64,000 nucleotides of DNA, taken from contig JBDRGY010000013.1 of the NCBI GenBank assembly GCA_043817315.1, positions 8,663 to 72,662 of the forward strand, in the 5' to 3' direction. The notes under the pieces are model-generated. The model had not been told where the DNA came from and did no database searches. It worked only from the letters and a program-made list of their open reading frames with translations. The DNA comes from Patescibacteria group bacterium (lineage in GTDB: Bacteria; Patescibacteriota; Patescibacteriia; JBDRGY01). A program made the translations under genes and the position numbers. This document shows, piece after piece, positions 18,192-28,236 of the stretch. Positions within the stretch are counted from its first letter, which is position 1, and each line of letters begins with the position of its first letter.

Positions 18192-18949
18192 CCATCAACC
18201 AGGCTCTAGTTGGGGCTACTAAAAAACTTAAAGCCAAGAATATTACTTCTGCTGATTTGGATGCGGAAGTTTTGTTATCCCATGTTTTAAAAAAACCACG
18301 GGAACACCTTTTGGCCCATCCTTTTACCAACTTAAAGACTTACCAACTTAATAACTTTCAAACTTTTATCAAGCGACGCGCTCAGCATCAGCCGGTCGCT
18401 TACCTAACCGGTCATAAAGAATTTTACGGTCTGGATTTTATTGTTAACAAATCGGTACTGATCCCCCGCCCCGAGACTGAATCACTTGTTGAAGCAGTAA
18501 TTAAGGAAATAAGGAACAAATCATTAACCATTGCCGACATCGGCACCGGCTCTGGCTGTATTGCTATTGCTTTAAAAAAGAATCTACCAAAAACCAAAGT
18601 GTTAGCTACCGATAAATCAGCCACTGCCCTGAAAGTGGCTAAGCAAAACGCCCGCCTGCATAGTGTCAGAATTCAGTTTATACAAGGCGATTTATTAGAA
18701 CCGGTTAAAAATCAAATGATTAATATCATAGTGGCCAATTTACCCTATTTGGATAACAATATGAAAAATCTATTGAAATCTTCGGAAAGTAAAGCTCTAA
18801 AATATGAACCACCAATGGCTCTAAAGGGCGGTCCTGACGGCATGAATATATACCGCCGTTTCTTTACTCAAATTATAGAACTGTCATATAAACCTCAAGC
18901 TGTTTTCTGGGAATACAATGGTCAGGTAAAAAGGCTTGACAAACAATAA
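18188..18949 (+). CDS. prmC: release factor glutamine methyltransferase (C-terminus short)
   Basis: VLIPRPETE; DIGTGSG; ANLPY; EPPMALKGG. Confidence 0.92.
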   Translation: MTINQALVGATKKLKAKNITSADLDAEVLLSHVLKKPREHLLAHPFTNLKTYQLNNFQTFIKRRAQHQPVAYLTGHKEFYGLDFIVNKSVLIPRPETESLVEAVIKEIRNKSLTIADIGTGSGCIAIALKKNLPKTKVLATDKSATALKVAKQNARLHSVRIQFIQGDLLEPVKNQMINIIVANLPYLDNNMKNLLKSSESKALKYEPPMALKGGPDGMNIYRRFFTQIIELSYKPQAVFWEYNGQVKRLDKQ

Positions 18950-18964
18950 AAACTTTGCTAACTT
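18936..18964 (+). promoter_or_regulatory. sigma70 promoter overlapping the prmC end
   Basis: TTGACA-17 nt (ends TGC)-TAACTT; SD GAGGAGG before GTG 19026. Confidence 0.7.
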
Positions 18965-19025
18965 CCAATAACGTCCTTTTACATTTTGAGGGTGTAAACA
19001 GAAGCTCAATCGAGAGGAGGCCTGC

Positions 19026-20204
19026 GTGAAAAAGAGGGATGTGGAACAGTATCCTGTTGGCAGCCCGGAGCGCGTAACCGCCGATTTTCTGAGGCGAGCC
19101 AGTCTCGGCAAACGACCAGCCCTTTCTTTCGCCGATGAGCACAATCCGATGGAAGCGGCCCGATTGGCCACTACAGTGCTGTACTGTGGCAACCCTGGTT
19201 TCATCCCCCTGCTCCTTGGAGACATGAAGGGTCTCAACCGCTTCATCCGGGCCAGACACTTGGCTGGCTACCGTTTTCGCAGAAGGCTGCCGGAATTCAT
19301 CATCCTGGGGCGCTTTTGGACTGACACCTGCGGCAACTTCGGTCGCATCCAGCAGACCGACATCCCAGAAGAAGTGATCGTCCAGCTACCCAGCTTGATG
19401 ACTCGGGAAGACTACTCTAGGGTAGCTAAGAGATGCCGGGCACAAGCCGACAAGGATCCGGAGCACACCTACTGGAGCGTTCCTATAGAGAGCAGCGTTC
19501 CTCCAGCTGGCCTGCTCTGTCCGGTTTGCGGCAACGCCTGGAACCTCAGCAACTGCCATGATACCGTGGTCACTCACCGAACCGAATCCATCCCTTTGTC
19601 TGACTTCGTTGGTTGGAGACTGGGTCAGGTCACCGCACATTTCAATCGCACTCCAGATGCAGTGATGCGCATGCAGTCAGATATCATGATCCGCAATGAC
19701 CGTCACATTGACCTGACACCCCATCCCGACTACGATACCCTAGTTCTCAACGAACGAGGCTGGGTGTCCGCCAAGGACGGGATCACGGATTACTACCAGG
19801 TTGAAGAGGGCGATGAAGCTTTCTTTAACATCTGGCAGTTCCGCCATCTGGCCTGTCAACGAGCCTGGCTTCAGGCCAAGGAACGAGAATACTTCCGCAA
19901 GATGTTCAGCGACGCCGGGATACCAGTCAGACGAATGCAGACCATTCCCAACGAGTACGACCCCAGCTATCCTCATTATGCTCCTTGGTTTATGGTCTAC
20001 ACCCCGATTGGCACCTTCAAGATTGGGTGGCGCAAACGGGTGATCAACATCGACTGGACCAAGGCTGAGGGTCAGTACGATGGCCTGTTTGCTGACCAGG
20101 ATGTTACCCAAGGTGCCAACCATGTTCACGCCTGGGGGACCGAGAAGGGCACTGAATACCTGAGTCGTATTGCCGAAGCCTCTCAGGCTGTGCTAGGATC
20201 CTAA
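19026..20204 (+). CDS. hypothetical protein, possible Zn finger (GC-rich cassette)
   Basis: 392-aa ORF with strong SD; CPVC...HLAC. Confidence 0.75.
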   Translation: MKKRDVEQYPVGSPERVTADFLRRASLGKRPALSFADEHNPMEAARLATTVLYCGNPGFIPLLLGDMKGLNRFIRARHLAGYRFRRRLPEFIILGRFWTDTCGNFGRIQQTDIPEEVIVQLPSLMTREDYSRVAKRCRAQADKDPEHTYWSVPIESSVPPAGLLCPVCGNAWNLSNCHDTVVTHRTESIPLSDFVGWRLGQVTAHFNRTPDAVMRMQSDIMIRNDRHIDLTPHPDYDTLVLNERGWVSAKDGITDYYQVEEGDEAFFNIWQFRHLACQRAWLQAKEREYFRKMFSDAGIPVRRMQTIPNEYDPSYPHYAPWFMVYTPIGTFKIGWRKRVINIDWTKAEGQYDGLFADQDVTQGANHVHAWGTEKGTEYLSRIAEASQAVLGS

Positions 20205-20220
20205 CACTCTCATTAATCAC

Positions 20221-20306
20221 GCGTCCCCGTCCGCAAGGACTCAGGGGCGCTTTTTTTATATTAAAAAAGGTCCTGCACCTACGCTTGCGCGCTTGGTGCA
20301 GGACCT
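20221..20306. terminator. back-to-back intrinsic terminators
   Basis: GCGTCCC..GGGGCGC-T7 (+ strand) and A6-GGTCCTGCACC..GGTGCAGGACCT (- strand). Confidence 0.8.
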
Positions 20307-20345
20307 GTCGTTCGAACTCACTCCGTCCCAGAGGACGAGAGGGAG

Positions 20346-21302
20346 TTACTGCTGTGGAACCCTCGAACGATTCCGGGTGTCAAGCCAGGCCGGCTGACCC
20401 CAGTTCTGAGACGCGCTTGCATCCCAGACCATGGTAGCCTTGCCTGACTCAACCGCTTTGAGCCAGACCTCGCGCCGGATCTCCAGCTCCTTGAGCTGGA
20501 CCTCCTTCTTGATCTCGAGATCACGCATCTGGAGGTAGGCTGGATTGGCCGCGACAGCTGCCCCGATCTGATTGATCCGAGCAACTTCCTGGTCAGCGGC
20601 CAACCTTCTGATCTCCGCCTCCCAGATCTCCTGGGGTGCCTTAACGTTGGAGAGCGACATATCGAGCAACTCGATAGGAATGTCGGCCTCAGCGTAGACC
20701 TTCTTGGCCATCGCCCCCAACTCGAGCTCGATCTTCGGACGATTCCTCTGAATGTCTCGATAGTCGACGTATTCCCGGAAAACCTCCCTGGTACCCGCTC
20801 GCAGCTTCATGGCCGCGAAGTGCTCATGAATCATCTCGGTGGTGATTATGAACACTCTGGGGTCATCCGGAACTCGCGGATCCATCGATGACGGAATCGG
20901 GGTGATCGAGTTGATGATCAGGTTGATGTATTCCGGCGTAACCTTGACAATCTCTCGGTAGTAAACGTCGGCCGTTACCTGCGCCACTTCACCGGTCTTC
21001 GGATGTGGGGCACAATCGATCATGTGGTTGACCCGATCGGGCATAAGTTCGGCCGGCAGGTAGCGATCCTTGATCTGGACTGCCGTCACCTCGACCTGGA
21101 CTACGTAGCTGCCCTTGCCACCAGCGCCGAGCTTGCCGATGTCGACCTGACCGGGTTCCAGAATCTGGCCAGTCGGACCCTCAGGGGTGACCTCCATAGC
21201 CACCCAACCCTGCTGAGTGGTAACGTAGTTCGAGCATCCGGCCATGAACATCACGGCCAGCGCGACGACGATCAGAAACAGCTTGTTGAGATTCCTATCC
21301 AT
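20346..21302 (-). CDS. SPFH/band-7-like lipoprotein
   Basis: Lipobox MAGC; QILEPG; IELLDMSLSNVKAPQEI followed by an Ala/Glu coiled coil. Confidence 0.6.
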   Translation of the reverse strand: MDRNLNKLFLIVVALAVMFMAGCSNYVTTQQGWVAMEVTPEGPTGQILEPGQVDIGKLGAGGKGSYVVQVEVTAVQIKDRYLPAELMPDRVNHMIDCAPHPKTGEVAQVTADVYYREIVKVTPEYINLIINSITPIPSSMDPRVPDDPRVFIITTEMIHEHFAAMKLRAGTREVFREYVDYRDIQRNRPKIELELGAMAKKVYAEADIPIELLDMSLSNVKAPQEIWEAEIRRLAADQEVARINQIGAAVAANPAYLQMRDLEIKKEVQLKELEIRREVWLKAVESGKATMVWDASASQNWGQPAWLDTRNRSRVPQQ

Positions 21303-21354
21303 GGGGATAGTTCTCCTTTCCTGACAGGCGAAGATTATCCGATTGGATCATCCT

Positions 21355-21675
21355 CTAGTTGTCACCGATCCGGCGATCCAGAGCTTCTTTCTGCTGCTCG
21401 ATGCCAGTTCGGTCCTGCCCCCTTCGCTCCGACAGATTGACGCTGAGCGAGTTGAACAGGTTGAGCCCCAGCACCAGGGCGATGATCATGATCACCGTCC
21501 AGCGGATGCTGTGAATCCACTTCCTGCTCGCAATCTCGCTACGAGGCATGTTACGCAGCACCAGTCTCGTGACGTACAGAACGATGATGACAGCGATGAT
21601 AGCCGCCACGAACCAGCCTTTGTACATGGGCCAGACTGCGACCCAGCGCTCGGCCAGACTCATCGAGTTAAGCAT
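21355..21675 (-). CDS. small 2-TM membrane protein
   Basis: SD AAGGAGGT before ATG 21675 (MLNSMS); two hydrophobic segments. Confidence 0.65.
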   Translation of the reverse strand: MLNSMSLAERWVAVWPMYKGWFVAAIIAVIIVLYVTRLVLRNMPRSEIASRKWIHSIRWTVIMIIALVLGLNLFNSLSVNLSERRGQDRTGIEQQKEALDRRIGDN

Positions 21676-21824
21676 TCCTACCTCCTTCATTCCGGAGAAA
21701 CGTAACAATACTCCACCACTAATCCATTTCACCTCCTGGCCAACCAACGGCCGGTTACTCAAACTGGTTTTATCCCTTCGGATTTTAAAAGTACTATCTA
21801 GCCAATACTTCAGCTAAACAGAAT

Positions 21825-21853
21825 ATACTAACATACCTTTCCCGATTTGTCAA
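21825..21853 (-). promoter_or_regulatory. sigma70 promoter
   Basis: Minus strand TTGACA-17 nt-TAGTAT. Confidence 0.7.
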
Positions 21854-22013
21854 CCCTGAAAAAAAAGAAAAGGCGCAGTTTTTTGTTTTAATAAATAATT
21901 CCCGCCTAAGGCGGGCAGGTATCTGATTTGACGGAAATGAAGAGGCGCCGTTTCGCTTCCGCGAAACGGCGCCTTCGTTGTGAACTCATTCCATCCAGGT
22001 AGGACAGAGCAAG

Positions 22014-22691
22014 TTACTCCGGAAGATCCGGACAGAACTTGATGACTTCGGATACGTCAGCCACTGACTGAATCCAGGGACTATCCAGATCCGAGATGAC
22101 CACGTAGGCCTGACAGTAGTCAAGTCCTGCAAGTTCAGGCTCTACTAAAGCGTACATCAACAGCCACAGAGTAACTGCTGGTTCGTTGCTAACTCCAATG
22201 GTCAGATGGGCATCTTCAAAACCCGAGACCAGGAAACTGCCTACTGCAGTCAGGGCCTGCTGTAAAGGCTGATCTCTGAACAGTTCAGCTGTATTGGCAG
22301 CGGCACAGAGCATCCAGTTGAGACCTCGGCTCTGGTGGCGTTTCCACCAACCATCTCTCTCGATCCAGTGCAGACTGATCATCTGCCTAATTCTCTCATC
22401 CTCATCAACTTGATTAGGATGAAAGAGCTCCCAAGCAGTCAACTCATGCTTGGGCAGACCGCCGTGCCTGAAGACCGGTTTGCCGAAAGTCCCGGTCAGT
22501 CTGGCCTGCAAGTCCAGATAGAGAGGACTAAGGGCCTGGCATTCCTGGATACCTTCTACAGAAAGATTGGTCCAAACCGTAGAAGTTCCCCTTCCTCTGA
22601 CCGGAGTGGCATTACGGATAAACACAGTGCAGTTGTTACCGTTCACTTCGGCAATCAGTTTCATTACCTCTTCCGGTGTCCTGGCAATCAT
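22014..22691 (-). CDS. degenerate histidine phosphatase (PGM-superfamily)-like protein
   Basis: VFIRNA (cf. RHG), LSVEGIQEC, ELTAWEL, IGVSNEP (cf. VSHG); SD AGGAGGT; promoter TTGACA-17-TAAGCT at 22757-22785; hairpin at 21942-21974. Confidence 0.55.
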   Translation of the reverse strand: MIARTPEEVMKLIAEVNGNNCTVFIRNATPVRGRGTSTVWTNLSVEGIQECQALSPLYLDLQARLTGTFGKPVFRHGGLPKHELTAWELFHPNQVDEDERIRQMISLHWIERDGWWKRHQSRGLNWMLCAAANTAELFRDQPLQQALTAVGSFLVSGFEDAHLTIGVSNEPAVTLWLLMYALVEPELAGLDYCQAYVVISDLDSPWIQSVADVSEVIKFCPDLPE

Positions 22692-22832
22692 TTTGATTAC
22701 CTCCTTTTGCCTGGCACGCCGCAGTGTAAAAGATCAACCCCTTTTCTTAATTCCTTAGCTTATTACTCCTCGATTAGGTTGTCAAATCAAAAAGCTCGCC
22801 ATGGTGACGAGCCTGAAATTGGTAATTAATAA

Positions 22833-23954
22833 TTAGTTGTATTCCACTGTTTCATACCCCATAGGCGCTACTGAAATCCAGGTGTTGCCTACGTTAAATT
22901 CTATCTCTCTGCCGTCAGCGTCGTAAAAAACAGTGCGGTTGGTGCGGCCGCTTTTGCGCCATGTACCCACCAGGCAACTTCCATCCCGACAAATCTTAGC
23001 CTCCCCTTCTCCTTCAATTTCTAAAGTGAGACGTCCCAATTCTCCGAAAGCTACAATCTCAGGAATGACTTGCACTACTACATTTTTTACTCTGATCGCC
23101 TCGTTAGTCTGAGTGTCTTTATGTTCTAAGCCAGAGTTGTACCGTACATAATTATTTTGTTCTTGGTCATATTTATATTCCACCTCCCAGGAAAGACCGG
23201 AAAAAGCAATCTTTATTGATTTCTCTTCGGTTGGTCTGTTATCCAAGGCTGCATCATCTTTAAAGATCCAGGTCTCATAGGAAGGCTCCCGGTCTGCCAA
23301 CTCTTTATCCCGCATTGCTTTGGTGATCAATTCTGAAGATGTATATAAATTATGAGGGGCGTATTTACTGCTATCACGCCAATAATAGGGCCAATCACCG
23401 CCGATTTGATTGATACTGTTTAGTTCCCAATTTCTGACATTAGTTAGGGCTTCCGGACTGCCGCCGCAGTGAGCATAAAGGGCGTCGTATTCAGAAACCC
23501 ATTGGGTGTAATAGGGGCGAGCCGATCGGACCGGGCCAATCTCATCCAATCCATCGGTATCAAAGACGGCCATGAAGCGGGTAGCCAGTCCTTCCACTAA
23601 AGCTTCATAAACAATGGAAGCACCCTGCAAGCCGGATTGGGGCCGGACTGAGGGCAGATTTTCAATCATCACCGCAAAAGGATAAGGGACTTCTTCGTCA
23701 TCATAGAGAATCTGTCCCATAAGGTTACGTCTGATGGTTACAATCTCATCGTCCTGTTCTTGCTCTTTTTCCTCGGAGTATTTGTCAAGCTCTTCGCTAA
23801 AAGCTTCTATTGTATTTGCTGAGGCATAGCCAATAAAAATCCAAGACAGAATTCCGCCTATCAATAAAACACCAACCAAAATTAAAAGCTGGTGTTTAGG
23901 AAGGTATCCTTCAAAAAACTTCTTTTGGTTTTTATTTTTATCTGACTCCCCCAT
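22833..23954 (-). CDS. DUF3048 family protein
   Basis: AVMIEN...RPQSGL..A.IVYEALVEG..TRF; IGPVRSARPY; APHNLY. Confidence 0.9.
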   Translation of the reverse strand: MGESDKNKNQKKFFEGYLPKHQLLILVGVLLIGGILSWIFIGYASANTIEAFSEELDKYSEEKEQEQDDEIVTIRRNLMGQILYDDEEVPYPFAVMIENLPSVRPQSGLQGASIVYEALVEGLATRFMAVFDTDGLDEIGPVRSARPYYTQWVSEYDALYAHCGGSPEALTNVRNWELNSINQIGGDWPYYWRDSSKYAPHNLYTSSELITKAMRDKELADREPSYETWIFKDDAALDNRPTEEKSIKIAFSGLSWEVEYKYDQEQNNYVRYNSGLEHKDTQTNEAIRVKNVVVQVIPEIVAFGELGRLTLEIEGEGEAKICRDGSCLVGTWRKSGRTNRTVFYDADGREIEFNVGNTWISVAPMGYETVEYN

Positions 23955-23976
23955 CTCCCTATATTTTCCTTATATA

Positions 23977-25053
23977 CTAATTATATTCTACAGTGCGATC
24001 TGTGGGCATCACTTCGATCCAGGTACTGCCGGCATTGAAGCGGATTTCCTTATCGTTCTTATCGTAGAACCGGGTACGTGATTCTCGGGCTGCTTTTTTC
24101 CAGGTAGCCTCAATCGCTTTACCGTCTTGAAAGACCAAAGCCTCTCCTTCTCCTATTGTCTCCATGGTCAATCTCGATTCATCAGCTAATTCTGTATCGA
24201 CATACATCACTGCGACATTTTTGGGGGCAATCTGTTCCTTGGTCAATTCATCCGAGTGAGCTTCCCCGGCCTGGAACCGCTTGTATACATTCTGGTTACG
24301 GTCGTATTTATACTCTACTTCATAGCTGTAAGTTAAGAAATCAACTTTTATGAATTTCTCTTCAGTAGGTCTGGCTGATTTTTTTACTTCATCCTTGAAT
24401 AGCCAGGGATCATAATCTCCTTCTTCCGGAAATTCTTTGTCTCTAAAAGCTCTGGCGATCAATTCGTGACTGGTGTAGAGGTTATGAGGTCTGGGCCTTT
24501 CTTCATCCCGCCAGTAATACTGGTGGTCTCCGCCGATCTGGTTAAGGCTCAAGACATCAAAAGTAGCGATATCGGATAAAGCTTGTGGGCTGCCGCCGCA
24601 GTGCAAGTAAACGGCGTTAAATTCTGTCAGCCAATCCAGAAAATATGGTCTGGATGATCTGACCGGTCCAATTTTTTCCAAGCGATCCCCGGAGGCGTAA
24701 ATGGCTAAGAATCGAGTGATCCCTCCCTCAGCCAAGGCTTCGTACACCAGATTAGCCCGTGACAGACCGTGTTGCGGCCGGACTGTAATCAGGTTCTCTA
24801 TTTGAATCCCCACGGGGTATATATTGGCTTTATCAATAGTGACATATTGGCCATCAATGAAACGACGCACTTTTTCCGTTGTATCTTCTGCCGCTTTATT
24901 ACCAATCAGTACTTCATCGCCTCTGAAGACAAAATAGCCCAGTACACCGATACCAACCACAAAAACGACAATCACCGTGGTGATTAGGGCTTTTTTATTC
25001 TTTTTCAGGCCCCACAAGAAATTTTTTAGCTTGTCAGAGAATTTCTTACTCAT
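23977..25053 (-). CDS. DUF3048 family protein (tandem paralog)
   Basis: IEN...RPQHGL...VYEALAEGGITRF; GPVRSSRPY; start probably 25053, overlapping the rplY stop. Confidence 0.9.
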   Translation of the reverse strand: MSKKFSDKLKNFLWGLKKNKKALITTVIVVFVVGIGVLGYFVFRGDEVLIGNKAAEDTTEKVRRFIDGQYVTIDKANIYPVGIQIENLITVRPQHGLSRANLVYEALAEGGITRFLAIYASGDRLEKIGPVRSSRPYFLDWLTEFNAVYLHCGGSPQALSDIATFDVLSLNQIGGDHQYYWRDEERPRPHNLYTSHELIARAFRDKEFPEEGDYDPWLFKDEVKKSARPTEEKFIKVDFLTYSYEVEYKYDRNQNVYKRFQAGEAHSDELTKEQIAPKNVAVMYVDTELADESRLTMETIGEGEALVFQDGKAIEATWKKAARESRTRFYDKNDKEIRFNAGSTWIEVMPTDRTVEYN

Positions 25054-25783
25054 TTTTCTTATCTCCTTCAGATTTACCCGCAGCCTTGCCTTCTTCTTTC
25101 TTGGCGCCCGGTTCATCTTTGGCTCCCTCCCCATCTCCTTCTTCTGCCTTGCCCTTTTCTTCAACCTCTACTTCGTCAACTTTCTCCTCTACTTCACCTT
25201 CTAACTCTTTTTGCAATTCTTCTTCGGACTTGGGTGGCAATACATGAGCCACAATTTCATCAGCAGAATCCAGTACATTAATTTCTTTGGGTACTGATAA
25301 ATCTTTAATTTTTATTTCATCTTCAAAAGTCTTTAGTGAAGAAACATCTACCGTTACTTCATGGATCAAATATTGAGGTAAACATTCTACTTTGATCTTG
25401 TCGAAATTTTTGACCAAGATTCCGTCCAATTCTTTTTCGGCTAAAGCTTCTCCTTCGAATTTGATACCGATTTCTGTAGTAATCTTTTCGTCCATTCTGA
25501 CTTGATGAAAATCAGCGTGCACCAATTGACCGGAGACTGTGTCAGCTTGAACCTCTTGGATCAAAACTTTAACTGGTTTCTTGTCATCAATTATCAAATC
25601 CACCAGAGTGGATTCACCAGCTCGTTGGTAGGTGTCAGTAAAATCCACATAATTTATAACCAAGTTGATGTTTTTTACCTTGTGTCCGTACAAGACAGCT
25701 GGCATCTTGCCTGAGGAGCGCAAGTTACTTACTTTTTTACCTGTTTCCTCCCTCTGACTGGCTTTTAATTCAATTTTATCCAT
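25046..25783 (-). CDS. rplY: 50S ribosomal protein L25/Ctc
   Basis: LR..GKMPAVLYG; VHADF; acidic C-terminal tail. Confidence 0.95.
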   Translation of the reverse strand: MDKIELKASQREETGKKVSNLRSSGKMPAVLYGHKVKNINLVINYVDFTDTYQRAGESTLVDLIIDDKKPVKVLIQEVQADTVSGQLVHADFHQVRMDEKITTEIGIKFEGEALAEKELDGILVKNFDKIKVECLPQYLIHEVTVDVSSLKTFEDEIKIKDLSVPKEINVLDSADEIVAHVLPPKSEEELQKELEGEVEEKVDEVEVEEKGKAEEGDGEGAKDEPGAKKEEGKAAGKSEGDKKNE

Positions 25784-25837
25784 ACTTCTCCTTTTAAAAA
25801 ACCGGAATATCCGGAAATATGATATTAATAATAATTT

Positions 25838-26188
25838 CTAAAATAAATCTATCAATGACCTTCCCCCCTCTAGCAGCTGATGAATGGCAATCACGTCATC
25901 AGTATCAACTATCCGGGAATCTTTAAATTTGAATACGTCTTCGGAGGTTAAGTCACATATCAGGCCAACTGAACTGACTCCCAATCCCCCCACCATCACT
26001 ACTGCTACAATGGAACTGCCACAATTCTTGCACTGTATATGAATCAGATGAGCTGTTTCTCTTTCTTCAACGATCTTGGCCGTTACCGGATTATATTGAG
26101 TATTACAAATTGGACAGGTAGTGATTAAACGCAACCCCTCAATGGGAAAATCAGACGGCATTTGATTAGAAAAGGGTCTTATCATCAT
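25838..26188 (-). CDS. hypothetical Zn-ribbon protein
   Basis: CPIC...CKNC pair. Confidence 0.75.
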   Translation of the reverse strand: MMIRPFSNQMPSDFPIEGLRLITTCPICNTQYNPVTAKIVEERETAHLIHIQCKNCGSSIVAVVMVGGLGVSSVGLICDLTSEDVFKFKDSRIVDTDDVIAIHQLLEGGRSLIDLF

Positions 26189-26257
26189 ACTTTTTTCTAA
26201 ATAACGACCTTATTATAGCACAAAATACCGACCCACGTCAACCGTGGCACTGGATTA

Positions 26258-27358
26258 CTATACCTTACTCCGCGCAACGATACTTTGCAAGATTCCAATA
26301 GTTACCAAGCTGACCAACAAAGAACTGCCGCCAGCACTCAAAAAGGGTAAGGGAATTCCGGTAACCGGTACCAGGCCGATATTCATTCCAATATTAATAA
26401 AGATTTGGATAAATAATAAGATCAAAGTGGTTAAGACAAAAAAGAGGGCAAAATTATCGCGGACCACTCGGGTAATCTGCCAAATACGATAGAGTAAAAT
26501 CACAAAAAGGATAATTATCAAAAAGGATCCGATAAATCCCATCTCTTCAGCTATAACGGCAAAAATAAAATCGGTCTCTTGTTCCGGCAAGAAATTTAGC
26601 TGACTTTGGGAACCCAAGCCCAGTCCTCTGCCCAACATCTTACCAGAGCCAACAGCAATAATCGACTGGGTTACATTGTAACCTCGGCCCAGAGGATCCC
26701 TGGAGGGATCAATAAAGGTAAGCAACCTGTCTTTTTGATAATCTTCTAAAATGAAAAACCAGGATAAGCTAGCCACTACTGCTAATATCAGAAAAATTGA
26801 GATTAAGTACAATAGTCTGACCCGAATGACTATCATCATGATTAACCACAACAAGATAAATATTATGGCGTATCCGATCTTTGGTTCCAGGGCCACCAGT
26901 AAAACACTCAGGAAAACCCAGCCCCCCAGAATCAAAACGTGTTTAAAGTGATAAAAATGACGAGCGTACTTTGCCAGATATCCGCTCATAAATACTATCA
27001 GAAATAGCTTAACCAGTTCTACCGGCTGAAAGGTCTGGCCCAAAAAACCAAACCACCTGGTTGTCCCCCTAATATTCTGACCAAAAATCAAGACAGCGAT
27101 CAACAGCACCACACCGATCAAATAAAGGATTAAACGATAACTATTAAAAAAACGGTAGTCGATGGAGCTAAATAATAACATTAACAGCACCCCCGCCGCT
27201 GCGAAGCTTAGCTGTCGATAAAACCGCGACAAATCAGGCACTTCCTGATTTACAGAAATACTGTATAAGACGGCCAACCCGAAAAATACCAAAAGGATAG
27301 TTACTACATAAACTATCCAATCTGACTTCTTTAACCAATAAAAAAATTTAGATAGCAT
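26258..27358 (-). CDS. rodA: SEDS peptidoglycan glycosyltransferase RodA
   Basis: QPVELVK; GYNVTQSIIAVGSG; LPEQETDFIF; PVTGIPLPFLSAGGSS. Confidence 0.93.
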   Translation of the reverse strand: MLSKFFYWLKKSDWIVYVVTILLVFFGLAVLYSISVNQEVPDLSRFYRQLSFAAAGVLLMLLFSSIDYRFFNSYRLILYLIGVVLLIAVLIFGQNIRGTTRWFGFLGQTFQPVELVKLFLIVFMSGYLAKYARHFYHFKHVLILGGWVFLSVLLVALEPKIGYAIIFILLWLIMMIVIRVRLLYLISIFLILAVVASLSWFFILEDYQKDRLLTFIDPSRDPLGRGYNVTQSIIAVGSGKMLGRGLGLGSQSQLNFLPEQETDFIFAVIAEEMGFIGSFLIIILFVILLYRIWQITRVVRDNFALFFVLTTLILLFIQIFINIGMNIGLVPVTGIPLPFLSAGGSSLLVSLVTIGILQSIVARSKV

Positions 27359-27378
27359 AGTGTTTTAATCTGATCTCC

Positions 27379-28236
27379 TCAGATTTCAATATGATACTTC
27401 TTATAGTTATCGTTATCAACTATATTGACAAAGGGATTGATCAATACGCTGGTGACACCGGCTACCCTGCCCCGCCAGAGAATATCCAGATTTTTTGTCA
27501 GCAGAGTATCAAAATTATCAATGGTAACCAGGTTTATAGCCACCGGGTCGTCATAGCTATACAGAATGATTTGCACTCCCACCTCCCAGAAGCTATATAC
27601 GGTGTTGTTTTTTATGTTGGCTGTCACCCGGGAAACCCTCTCGTCAGAATCGGCAAGATAAACTGTGTCGTGTTGGGGATCTTCTACTACGAAGTCAATT
27701 CTGGGAACTTTGTCCGGATGGATAATACGACGATAAATTACATTATCGATTTCTACTGTGACCTCTTCATTCAAAAGACTGCCGGATCCGTAATTTTCGT
27801 GGCCGAAGTAGAATAGATACTTATTTTCACTATCGGCCAAATGGCTGGTTTGCCAGTCAGTTTGTGAACCACTAACGGTAAAGCGATATTGAAAGCTATC
27901 AATAATCCAACGGTCATTGGGATTTCTGATTTTAGCCATCAGATCATAGTTACCGGTCGGGGCCAGAAGAATTGTTTCTTCAGTTATCTGCAGGGGTCGG
28001 GGAGCCGTTCTCTGGTGGATGCCCGAATAGTCGATTATTTCATTACCCAAATTGGCCACCAGTCTGTTATAAAAAGGAATCATGGCAAAATAGGTAATTA
28101 TATTATACAAAAAGAAGCAGACTATTATTAGATCTACCAACATAAAGATTATCAACCCGATTCGTTTCACCAAATTGCGATGGGTCAAAAACCAGTAACC
28201 TGTTTCCAATTGGGCTTTATTGACTTGCTTGGGCAT
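27379..28236 (-). CDS. hypothetical membrane-anchored protein
   Basis: N-terminal TM followed by a beta-rich domain. Confidence 0.7.
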   Translation of the reverse strand: MPKQVNKAQLETGYWFLTHRNLVKRIGLIIFMLVDLIIVCFFLYNIITYFAMIPFYNRLVANLGNEIIDYSGIHQRTAPRPLQITEETILLAPTGNYDLMAKIRNPNDRWIIDSFQYRFTVSGSQTDWQTSHLADSENKYLFYFGHENYGSGSLLNEEVTVEIDNVIYRRIIHPDKVPRIDFVVEDPQHDTVYLADSDERVSRVTANIKNNTVYSFWEVGVQIILYSYDDPVAINLVTIDNFDTLLTKNLDILWRGRVAGVTSVLINPFVNIVDNDNYKKYHIEI

